DNA of 63,505 nt, counting the filler, from Choristocarpus tenellus KU-1152 (Eukaryota; Protista; Phaeophyceae): NCBI GenBank assembly GCA_964200185.2. It is 9 parts of 9 records of this genome, joined end to end, with 100 filler letters (N's around TTAATTAATTAA, not from the genome) between each part and the next. Parts side by side here need not be neighbours in the genome. Positions count along the whole stretch, not along the records: positions 5,465 to 17,021 come from CAXNAD020002257.1; positions 17,122 to 22,911 come from CAXNAD020009747.1; positions 23,012 to 36,161 come from CAXNAD020001570.1; 6 more parts are not named here. The stretch is one strand, 5' to 3'. A program made the translations under genes and the position numbers. The notes beneath the pieces were generated by a model, which saw only the letters and a program-made list of their open reading frames with translations, was not told the origin of the DNA and did not search any database. Position 1 is the stretch's first letter; each line of letters begins with the position of its first letter. Positions 13,101 through 24,271 of this stretch are shown here, piece after piece.

Positions 13101-14255
13101 TCGAAGAAAGTTCTCAGGTGTAGCTGAAGCTCACACAAATGTCCGTGTCCATGGTCTTGGGGGACGATCACATTCATCTTCACATCCCGATATCCGCCAG
13201 GTGTGTAGCTACTCCGGAACCCATTGGTCACTCTTACCACTTCAAATTCCTGTGAACGTCGGAAGGGAGAACAACAGTAGCGCACCAGGATTCGGCCTTC
13301 CCTACAGGGTAACAATCAGATGGCGGAAGAAACAGTGGCTCTGCCGTACACCTCTTTACTAGTGATCCTCACCTGTGTGTCCTTGAGCAAGTCGAACATA
13401 CGCCGTAATTCTCCTGCTGTCTTGCAAACGACTGAAATCCTCGCCATGTCAGTGACCAGGCGCAGGTCACCTTTTGCCCATGCCATCTTCGACTTGCGTA
13501 TTGTGCTCTCTCTCGTCTTCAGCAGGCCCTCAACCACATCAGCCGACACAGACGCCGCGATCCCCCTCACGATGCGGTCCAACTTGAGTTTAGCTTCTTG
13601 CGCATCTCGGAGATAATCATCGACAGAATTGTGTGTACAGGGCTGCCGGAGGTGCTCAGGAAAATATGGCGTAATATTCAGAGCATCAATATTCTCCTGT
13701 TGCAGAGCTAGCTCGAAGTAGCAGTTGTCGTAGTCGTCCTGGTATTTCTGTACAAAGTGAACATGCAGAAACACCAACAAGTTCTCTTTTGCTTGCAGTG
13801 TGGTTTTCTTCCGCTTGAGGTCGTCTTCCAGTCGGTTGATGACGTCCTGCTGACTCCTGATATCTTCGTCCAGTTCGCGTACCGCTTGGAACTCCTGTTG
13901 TTCCGTAGTGGATGGGGTATGTTGAGCATTGAACACTCATCCCGTCATTGACAAATATCGTAGTTAAGATTGGACACAATGACCGGTTGTATCAGCTAGG
14001 GAACCATATACTTCGAAAGATGATAGCTCTAAATGGTAGTGGATGGGACACGTCATCCCAGAGTTCGACCTTGTACATTGGAACAACTCTAGTACGATGT
14101 GGCACGAAACCTTCTCACAATGAGGCTAACCGATCTGTCCGAACGTAGTGATCTATGCCAACAAGCAATCTCGACATAATATGTCGACAAGATAGGAATG
14201 GGTTCACCTCTATTAGTTGGCGTTGCATGATGTATCGCTCGAACGAAGTTCTGGC
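7146..14255 (-). CDS. Coiled-coil + RelA/SpoT-like nucleotidyltransferase (small alarmone synthetase-type) + TPR-repeat protein, partial; exons 14255-14208, 13894-13373, 13249-12884, 12795-12673, 10378-10247, 7271-7146
   Basis: Motifs LKTRESTIRK, TDMARISVV, VRVTNGF, GGYRDVKMNV, CELQLHL and SHKVYE; TPR exons GLYDEADKLTLRALDM...DEHPLSAEA and GKYEDAASHYQQSLEMRERVLRADHPDIADSLHNLAVLRHVQ; all exon lengths are multiples of 3 with phase-0 splice sites. Joining into one gene is inferred. Confidence 0.75.
7561..9321 (-). mobile_element. Tc1/mariner DNA transposon (plant/oomycete DD39D-like) with intact TIRs, TA TSD and frameshifted transposase, located in an intron
   Basis: 26-bp perfect TIR cttcctctgttcggaattaaacgtaa at 7561-7586 and 9296-9321, flanked by TA; motifs MFLAAVACPR, DGKIGIW, PAKSPDLNANDLGLF and GDSVFNIP split across frames. 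Confidence 0.93.
10772..11030 (+). mobile_element. MITE family A copy
   Basis: aagtatcttagagggtacgagttttgccc...ctctaccctctaacatactttggc. Confidence 0.85.
11104..11360 (+). mobile_element. MITE family A copy with AGAA TSD
   Basis: GAG...CTC ends; agaa at 11100-11103 and 11361-11364. Confidence 0.85.
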
Positions 14256-14499
14256 CTGTGAAGAGGTTGGTGTAGCACGTTCAGTATTTATAGAGGTTGT
14301 TGTTTTAAGTGTTGAGGTGGTTGGAATGAAAGAAGTGTCACTTAGATAGATAGCTTGTTCTGGGACTTTTAGTAATAGATTAGACCGTTCAAGGAATGTT
14401 CGTCAATGTCCATAAAAAATAGATTATTGCGTGATAGCTATCTTCCAACCAAGGTATACCTTTAAAGTGCCCTTCGTGGTGAAGATAGACCTCGTTGAC

Positions 14500-17021
14500 C
14501 TCAAGGGGGCAGCAAGGAGTCAACTGGCAAAGGCTGGGCTGGGCGACGAGTATTGGTTCTTCCTTTCCATCACGGAGGTCGCCTTCAAGACTGGAGGTAT
14601 GCCACACGGATACCTGGGAGGAGAGACGCCATGCGAGCGTCTAACAGGAAAATCGTTCAACTACGATAGGCTTCGGGCCTGGGGGAGCGAATGCTATGTT
14701 CACCAGGACAAGCAACAGAGAGGGGCCAGTTCAAAGTTTCACCCATACGCCAAGAGAGGTAAAATAATGGGACATGATCGTACATCACTATGCTGGCACA
14801 TCTGGCTTCCTCAAGTGGTCAAGTTGGTAACCTCAGCCCACGTGACGTTCGAGCCAGACGAACACATCATGGAGTTCTTGGGGGAGAGAGAGACCATGAC
14901 TTCGACGGATAATGAAGAGATTTCTGATACTGAAGACGACACTGATCGTGATTTCGATATTGCAGTCGATCCGATACCTCAAGCAACAGCTGGGGTCAAG
15001 AACTCGACAAGTGCACCTAGTGTACAACGGAGGTCAGCCAGGATAGCTGAACAACCCAGGGTGGACTACAAGGGTTTACACTCTGGAGATATAGAAGAAC
15101 TGGGAGAGAATATAGTGAATCTGCTCAGATCAAGCACGGATGATACATACTGTTTGACGGGTATGGCAGGTGACATCTCAATAGGCCACCAGGAGCCATC
15201 AACCATCGCAGAAGCCCTCGCAGGGCCCGATGCAGAACGCTGGTAGAGGGCAATGGAACAAGAAATGGAGAGCCAACGAACCAAAGGAACCTTCCATGAG
15301 AGAGAGAGTCTGCCACCAGGGAGGAGACCCGTCAAGACAAGATTCATATTCAAAATAAAAAGGACAGCCAATGGAGACATTGAAAGATTTAAGGCCAGGC
15401 TGGTGGCACGGGGTTTTTCCTAACAAAAAGGGGTAGACTACTTCAACACATTCAGTCCAGTGTTGGGATTTGACGTGATTCGAGCAGTCCTGGCTACAGC
15501 AGCTAACAGAAACTGGATCATCAACTCCCTAGACTTCATTCAAGCCCACCTGAACGCACCACTTCCTGAAGATGCATGACTACAACTGCCCAATGGATCC
15601 ATCGTAAAAGCTGCCAGGGCCATCTATGGCCTTAAGCAATCAGCAATGGAGTGGTACAAGGAGCTAAAGGGAAAAATTTTAGCTGAGGGGTGGAGTTTTA
15701 GCGACTTTAACGCCTGCTTATATACAAAAAGGAGTGAAGGTGGAAGGGTTGCTGTTCTTTTTCACTACGTGGATGACATCTCGTTGACTGGAAACTTCCA
15801 TGAAGAAATAAAAGGATGAAGAGCAATCTGCTTACCAGGTACGAAGGACGGGACCTCGGGACCCCAGACAAATTAGTTAGGGTGGCAATCACCAGGGATG
15901 AGGCTGGCATTGCACTAGACCATTTCTATGCAGAGAGCATTGTTTGTGAAGGAATGGGATCCACAGAAGTACGGAGTACCTCATCACCTCTAAACCCAGG
16001 AATGAACCTGACCACAAGAAGAACTGACGAGGAGGAGCTGGACCAGAGGTACAAACCTTACCGCACCATCCTGGGGAAACTTATGTTCCTAGCCGGGATG
16101 ACACAACCAGACCTATCCAACAGTGTGCGGGAACTGGGAAGATATGAGCATCTCCATGCGATCGACACTGGAAAGGACTACAACATGTTCTGTGATACCT
16201 GGTGGGCACCACGAAAGAAGGGATACACTATCCTGCTGGTGGTGAAATGGACAATGGGGGCCTGGCCGGGTATGGAGACTCAGAATGGGGCAATGACACC
16301 TCATCAAGGCGGAGTGTGACAGGGTATCTGATACTCATCAATGGAGCACCGATTGCATGGAAATCCAAGATGCAGGGAGCTGTAACCACATCTTCATCAG
16401 AGGCGGAATGGACAGCGATGGTGCATGGAATGAGTCATGGAACATTCCTCAGAGGCATCCTAGGGGAGCTGGGCATGCTCAAAGGGGTCATGGTTTGGTA
16501 TGGAGATAACCGATGTGCGATTCAAGCAGCAGTTGACATGATAACTGAAGGCTTTAACGGAAGAACAAGGCATGTTGACATCAAGCTGAAATGCACCAGG
16601 GAATATGTCAATAAAGGATTTTTTAGAGTGATGTATATACCTACGACACTCCAACTTGCAGACATCTTGACCAAAAGATTACGCAAGAAGCAGGTAGAAG
16701 ACTTTGTAGACACTGTGTTGACTAGATGAATGTCGTGTGTTAAACTTGAAGTAATCTGCGTTCTTTTACTGCATTGGCAAGATAAATGTGATGTGCGTGA
16801 GAATTGAACCAATCTGACGTCTTTTACTTCCCTTTTCATGGGAAGTGTGCAGAATTGGGAGTTTACACAAAAACATGTTTTAGGTTTGAGGGTTCCAGCA
16901 ACTCTTTCATTGCCTGCACTCTCATGGGGGAGTGTGAAAAATAGGACAATAGTGAAGGGTACCTGATTTTGTATATATGAGAATATTGTGCTGAATTGAG
17001 TCCATGTGATGTAACTAATGA
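14500..17021 (+). mobile_element. 5'-truncated degenerate Ty1/copia LTR retrotransposon (integrase C-terminus, RT, RNase H, PPT, start of 3' LTR)
   Basis: [81 protein letters not shown]; in-frame stops (15244, 15421) and frameshifts; PPT atgggggag near 16924 followed by tgtgaaaaatagg. Confidence 0.93.
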
Positions 17022-17699
17022 NNNNNNNNNNNNNNNNNNNNNNNNNNNNNNNNNNNNNNNNNNNNTTAATTAATTAANNNNNNNNNNNNNNNNNNNNNNN
17101 NNNNNNNNNNNNNNNNNNNNNGGGGTGCTGGGGTTTGAGGCGTGTGCGTTTCCGATCGCTCACCTTGGGGGGGGGGGGAAGCAAATGTTGCAGTCCATTG
17201 CGGGGTGGTAGTTGGGGGGGTAGATACTACTTGATGGAATGACATTGTCTGCATGCAACTTAATGCAGCAATGGGGAAGGTGAATCAACAAGCGGTGATA
17301 TACTCGTCTCAGGGTAGACCTGCGCATTACACCCTTCCCCTTGAACGTCAGGGGGGAAGGGAGGATCCACCTCACTTGTGGACATCTATCAGTATTAAAT
17401 TCAGCTGGTGCAAAGGCAAGAGGCTATGGGGTCGAAATATGTTTTAAGATGGAGGAATCACCTTGTTGAGAGATTAAAGCCTTCCTGCAAGGAGCGCACC
17501 ATCGACAAGGTCCATTGTAAACAAGTACCAAGAAAGATCGTAGGCGAGTCAGAGAGACGTTTGGGGGTCTTCATTGATCAGAGTGGACCAATGCTCAGGG
17601 TGAGCTACACCCGGGCAAATTTTTCTCCATGGGATCCTGTTGGTCTGCAACGAGTCAGGAAAGCAATTGATTCAATTCTTTCCATCTAAAAAGAGAGAC

Positions 17700-19780
17700 T
17701 GGCAAGGGGTTACATGCTTCTGTCTGCAATGTGAAAGAAAAAGAGGCCACGGGGTTCAAGAATGCCTGCCGACGTTCAGACTGTGTTTGAATTAGCATCG
17801 TACCAAGAGACAATCACATTGTGCTGATTGCGGGGAACAGATTGATCATGATTCATGTTACCAACCTGGACGATTGCTTATCACTGTGGGCCAAGGCTCA
17901 TAGCATGGCTGCTACCATCAATAACCTGCCAACCACATCTGCAAAACCCAATCAGAAATCCCCCTACGAGGCGTTTTGCAGTGTCTTCACTCATCCTTAC
18001 ATGCTACCATCACGGGGATCAAGGGAAAACACAAGACTTAGTGAACAAATAAACAAACCCAGAAATTGAGTTCGACAGCCGAACCTTGCTTGGTGATTGG
18101 ATGCTCCAAGAATCACCCTTCCGGTCATTTGCAGATGCTCTTTCAAATCAGGAGACGCTACACATGGGAATCCCATTGTGTCGATAATGAGCGGCGACGG
18201 AAACATTGAGAATGGCTCTGGGATTGGTGTTGGAGGACTGGAATTTGATCTCGTGGAAGTGTAGCCTGGGTCTGATCAGGGGAGCTGTGGATAATGGCAG
18301 AATGGGGGGATAGTTGACAAGGGCACTGCGACTTTGGTTGAGGAGAAGAAAGTAGAAGGTGATGATACAATGGGGATAGACCTTGGTCTCAAGACAGCAG
18401 GGCGGACAGACAGTAGGAAACCGCCACAGAGGAACATTGGTCTGACATCACAGCAGTGGAGTGGAAGGAGGAAATTAACCCACCTTGTGGAACACAACCT
18501 TAATCTCTCAGCCGCACTTGCAGGAGAACCAACAGACGAGCAACACGATGTATTATAGGAGGGTCTTCAGGCTACATGTTGAAGAGTATGCCCATTTGTT
18601 TCCACCCAAGTCTCCAAAACAGAAGCTTTTGAACTGTGGAAAAGGAGGAGAAAGATCTAGATGGCAGGGGTGTGTGGATTCAGGCAGTCTCACCAACCAA
18701 TGGACATCGGGTTCTAGGGACAAAGGTAATCTTTGAAAGTAAGGTTGGTGTGGAAGGCATGGTGTTCGGGTACAAGCAGAGCCTGTGTTCCAGGGAATTG
18801 TCAACAGACCGGGGTGGATCGCTTCGAATCTTTGAATATTTGAATCTTTCATACTCCAAACTGGTCACAACTCCGTTTGCATGTTGCTTGCTTCGTTGAG
18901 AAGAAAGACAGTAACTCATCAATCCACAGCAATTATGGAAAGCATTTCCAGAAAGAAGCCGACATCAAAAAAGAGAGAGACACGACGGTATGTTGAGGTG
19001 CCGGAGGGTTGGTGGAGTAGCCTGATCCATGTCTCTTCGGTCTGACAGTGTCAGGTGTGGTCAATATGATCATGCTTGTGCACGTGGGGTGACATTTCAC
19101 AGATGTGGAAACAGGATTGAGGCGCACTATTGACCTCACTGAGCGGCTTGAGAACTTCCCAATAGTGAAGTTGAAAGAGGTCCAAGTTTCAGGGTTGCAT
19201 GAGAAGGTGGGAAAGGAAGAACAGGACAATTATCGTTGACCAGAGCTCGATATTGAGAACTTGGTGGAGATTCGTAGGAGTGGCACAGTGTGTGTGTGAG
19301 GAATCAAACATTTCCAGGGGAAAGAGAAGGCTGCCCATTGGGCAACCATGATGGCTAGGCATGAGACGACCTTTTGCAGTTGGCATTGCATGCTGAGGAT
19401 CTGGGCTCCTCTGATTGGTTCAATTCTGAGAGGGACACAGGGTATCTCTTGGGAACTACAGAGGAGTGCATTTCCTTGAGAAAATCTGAATAAAAATAAC
19501 AGAATCTGAGCCTGTGGGTTTGAACCCTGGCATGACTTGCTGCATTTTCAACTCCCATTATACTGAGAACAGAAGAGTTGAATCTAGATATGTCTGCAAG
19601 ATGAGCCACAACAAGAAACATGAGATAGAGATGACCGGTCAGGGAGAAGTTGGGGACAAGCGACTCCAAACAGATCAAGCCAAGCAGAACCCTACCCTTT
19701 ATTTTGACAATATATTGAGATACCAACCACTACACCAAACTAGGAGCAAGGCCTATGTGAAACTGTTCCCTAGGTCGTAA
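17700..19780 (+). mobile_element. Highly decayed second Ty1/copia remnant (boundaries approximate)
   Basis: Integrase-like LWAKAHSMAATINNLPT...KSPYEAF and RT-start-like GVWIQAVSP..HRVLGTKVIFESKVGVEGMVFGYK; many stops. Confidence 0.6.
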
Positions 19781-21383
19781 TGTGCTATCTCAACATCTAA
19801 AACAGATTTGTCCTGGACTGGGCCAATGATTGGCAATGCTGACGCTATTGCAAGTAGACCAGGTTTCTATTTGAGGACGTGCTGTAATGTTGTAAGATAG
19901 GTTGTGCGGAACGGGGTGATGCAATTGCAAAAAACAGTTACATTGTAACGCTCTGCTGTCCGATGCCAACAATGTTTCATTGCGAGACTTGGGAAAGGAG
20001 GTCCCGTTATTGAAGCATTTGATAGCATAATGTAATTTAGTTGATAAGAAGAGCTAGATACTACTGTTGGGCATCCAACTACAGAGTTCCAACATCCTCA
20101 TCGTCTTACAAATAGTCTGTCTGAGGGCTCTTTTTTTGCAGGCAAGCCAAACTGATCATGTGGAGTGTGCACTGGGATAAAAAAATACATTTTGAATATC
20201 ATGTTGACCGTAGTTGCTGGAGGGCTTATTTGTCAATGCCTGTTGATAAAAGGCAGGGGAGTGCACTCAGAACTCTTGAGTGAAAAGAAGGCCACGCAGG
20301 AGACAGATATTATCATAATAACTGAGATATACAAACGGCAAAAGAGTTCATCAAAAAACAGGACAATACTATTATATAGGTCATATCTTTGAGACAGGAT
20401 ACTCTATGAACATCACAACAATTAGTGAGAGGTGTTCCAGGAACACTCCTACTAGCAATTGTTGAGTTTGTCATAGTTGAGTGTAAACGAACAATCTCAC
20501 TGACGATAGATTCATACCCTTCCAATCATGGAAATAATCAATATACAAACACATATGCACATCTTGGGTTACAGCAACTGGTGTAACTAAATCAGACTCA
20601 AAAAGGGCACCAAGTAAGCTACCAGAGCTACCAGACGGTTGTACTTGTAGAAACCTTTTCTAGCAACAGATCAGAGAGCCCGACACACGCAGCGATAATC
20701 TCCTCACGCCCAAAGCTGAAGAGCAAACAAGGACACTCTTTTCTTCTAAGGGATACATTTTGGAACCGCGTACTCTGTACTGTGTGTGCTACAATAAACA
20801 AAAAAATATGTATCGTGCATTTCTGTACCTTTTATAAATGTTTCGAGCGTGTAGTGAGCATTTCAAAGACTACCTACATATCATCACCAATATCATTACC
20901 ATTATCTGTCCATCAACTCCTGCAGCACAGAGTAGACCAAAGAAAGCTCCCCTTCTTTTGCAAGGATCGGAGGATCTGACCCGAAACACAGAAAAGCATC
21001 ACACACCAACAACCACCTCTCCGCAGGGGAAACCAAACATGTGTAGAGCCAAAGTAAGCAAGAGACACCCCGGGTTGCTTTTCAAGGATGCTGACGACTA
21101 ATGATCCACAAATTCAGCTCCTTTTTAACAATTGCAAATGGGTACTGGGAATTTCTAAATTCCTACTGAAATTGTTGGAAAACAACAGACAAGAAGAGAA
21201 TGGTCTCAAGCCAATCTTAGCACTCCAGCCCATGAAAAATATAAGTGAATTGGAAAATATGGGGGAAAAAAATGGATTAAATGAAAAAAAAAAACGAACC
21301 TGGCACCTCTCAAATAATTTGGCCTGCAATTATAAATATATATATATGTGTGTGTGTGTGTGTGTATCCCTATCAGTCCATAC

Positions 21384-21561
21384 CTCAGAAGCAACCACGA
21401 AGGTCACAGGCCCCAGCCCCAGGGAGAAGACAAACATGAACATGCACAGCCAGAAGAGTATCCAGGTTCCGCTCCACTCGAGGTGGAAGGCGTTGCCGAC
21501 CATGACCAGGCAGAAGGTTACCAGCACTGAGCTCAAGAGGAACAGGGGTCTCCTCCCGTAC
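21384..21561 (-). CDS. Internal exon of an MFS sugar porter family transporter
   Basis: cag|...|gt exon encoding YGRRPLFLLSSVLVTFCLVM...WLCMFMFVFSLGLGPVTFVVASE (GRR loop and GLGP..ASE sugar-porter motifs); other exons not confidently found. Confidence 0.82.
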
Positions 21562-24271
21562 CTGAGGCAATGTGTACAACAAAAACAAAATTATTCATTC
21601 AAATAAAAAAAACTCTGATGGTACAAAAAAAATATTCCTACACCAAGCGGGTACTCCACTACTCCGGAGTTATATTTCAATTAATATTTACATCGGAACG
21701 GTAAACCCTAACCCTAACCTCTCTCTCTGCCTTACATACAGTGTGATAAAAAATAAACGGATAATTTCTACAAAAATAAATATGGGTAAAATACACCCTC
21801 CTTGCCGGAGTATCCCCCTGGCCATCCCAGTCCCAATTCGTTGCCAATCATCTCCTCCACCTTGTGTCTTACCACACAGGCCATTCGACTAGTCATTCTC
21901 CATCATGCCTGACGAGCTTGTGACAGTCCCACGTTATACTCACGGAGTCGAGACAGCATCCTGGGTTCAGAGTCTCCCCCACTACCCTGGAGGTGACGTA
22001 ATCCCGTTCTCATCTACTTGTTCAGAAACGCTTGTAACAGATCCCCCGACTTGTACTTCTTCATCAGTACCCAACCCCAATTGCTCTTATTCAGCAGTGT
22101 CCAATCCCAATTGCTCCTCCCGAATGCCTTCCACCACAACCTCCAAAACTCCAGTTTCTTCATCAACACCAGATTTAATCCTCACGTGTCGTTTCCCCGC
22201 CAGTCGTCGCTGGTAAAGATCCTTCCCCCCCCTGCCACCAGCGGCAAAACCCTGAAGACTGATTTGATGTTGAGTGTCACTATGCAGGTTAACCATCCCA
22301 CGTAAGACTACCAACTGATGTATCTACGCATCACTAGTCTCCCTAAGCATGGCAGCAGTATCCAAAGAGCAGCGCTCGACTCAAATCCATCCCCAGTAAA
22401 TCAATTCCGTCCCACAGTCCCCGTACTTACAGCTTTGATCTCTCCACCTCACCAGGCTTTCGCCACGTCGACCAAAAACCTCTCAAATGAGGACGCCGTC
22501 GTTGTATCACTCTTGTTCTCAAGGCAATCCACCATGAAAACATCCAAATGTAGTGACACCCTTCCCCCTTACTGGGTTGTTCCTCCGGTCTAGTCAAGCC
22601 CACATAAATACGCCTCCCCATTCCCCATTACCGAATCGCGATTCTACGTCTCCCCTGGAATTGGATGTGTCTATGTGACCCTTGCCAAGTGACCAAACCT
22701 CGGAAAAAACGGCACCCACGTGTCCCAGTCAGAAAAGGTATTCTGAGCAGATAGCGCATTTCCTGACTAAAATCTCTTGACGTGCATGACCCTAATCTCG
22801 CACGCAGTTCGCTCGTCTACATCCATCGACAACATGCGGTAGAGACTCTGGGTCAAGCGTAATCTCGGTTTCGATCCCAGAAACAGGTGTGTTGCATCAG
22901 TCGTAAGGGGGNNNNNNNNNNNNNNNNNNNNNNNNNNNNNNNNNNNNNNNNNNNNTTAATTAATTAANNNNNNNNNNNNNNNNNNNNNNNNNNNNNNNNN
23001 NNNNNNNNNNNCGAAAAAAGGACGCCCACACCCCCCCCCCCCCAGATACTTTCACCCGCATGTGCTTGGTGACAGTGATTTCCACCACAGCAGGTGCAAT
23101 CTGTCTACGTAATGCAAGATAAGGTCTAGCAAATGCTTTCAGGTTCTTCTGATAGGGACACCCTCTTTCTTTCTCTTCCTGGTTATCAGATTAAACCTTC
23201 ATACTCAAGTTCGTTCTGCTCATTCTTCCATGCCCTTTGACACCATTGCCGCCTTGCACCTGGCACAGCATACACGACAGATAGATGGACTAATACCGTG
23301 CCCATGATGTGAAGCAGGTACTTATCCCAATGTCCTCTTTAGTGACTAGACAACATAAATATATGTGATCATAGTGCTTGTTGTGTGGGTGTGAGAGAGG
23401 CCTACGCGCAGCCTGTTCAGAGTGCAAAAAAAAAATAATAATCACCATCTTCATTATATTGACTAATTGAATTCTTGTGCACAACACACTATTGCGTCTA
23501 ACCTCTCTTGGTCAGAGTACAACGTTGGAACCGAAAGCTCTTAGGACTCTGTGCCATATCCATTGATTGAAAATCTAGAAAACACATCATGACTTTAAAT
23601 TGCGAGAATGAACCATACAATACTCAAAAACAATTATAATTCAAAGTAAAATTCCAATCATAGAGTGCTATTCCAGCAACACCAACAAAAATCCAATAAA
23701 ATAGCAACCCACAACAATGTGTACAACGTAAAAAAAGAACGCTTTGCTTCTTTTTGCAACACCTGTGGTACCTAAATAGCCAAAAATGACACAACTTATC
23801 TACTAATTTGTTGTACAAGACAGGTAACGAAACGCGAAACAAACCTACACATCACAGTCCTATGAATGTGCCACATAATCCTCAGCAACATAGAAGCAAT
23901 TTTCTAAAGTTGTAGACGGAATGTCCACCTCTCAGCTTCAAGAAGAACCTAGTTTTCAGGCATATCAGAGCGAGAAGGAGGTCACAGTGGTAGAATGCAT
24001 GCTTCAAACTAGAGTGAACATATTTTGCTCAACACTCATAAAATTGATTCAACATCCACAAACCTTACTCAGCCTTGTGTACCACGCTATCATGATCGTC
24101 ATCCTAGCTTAGTGCCAAACGCCCACATAATTGCTAGTTGAGTATCTCGATCAAAGCCAACGATGAAAAAAACGACCAAGAGGAACCTCAGCACTAGCAA
24201 TTCAGTGGAATGCTTACAAAAAAACACACATTCATCTACAGATATGCCGAAAATGCCCTAAGGGTGTTCAC

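Noticed and set aside
21900-22911. Possible retroelement or chromodomain remnant
   Set aside because: Only acidic low-complexity frames with stops and a 30-bp duplication; no diagnostic motif
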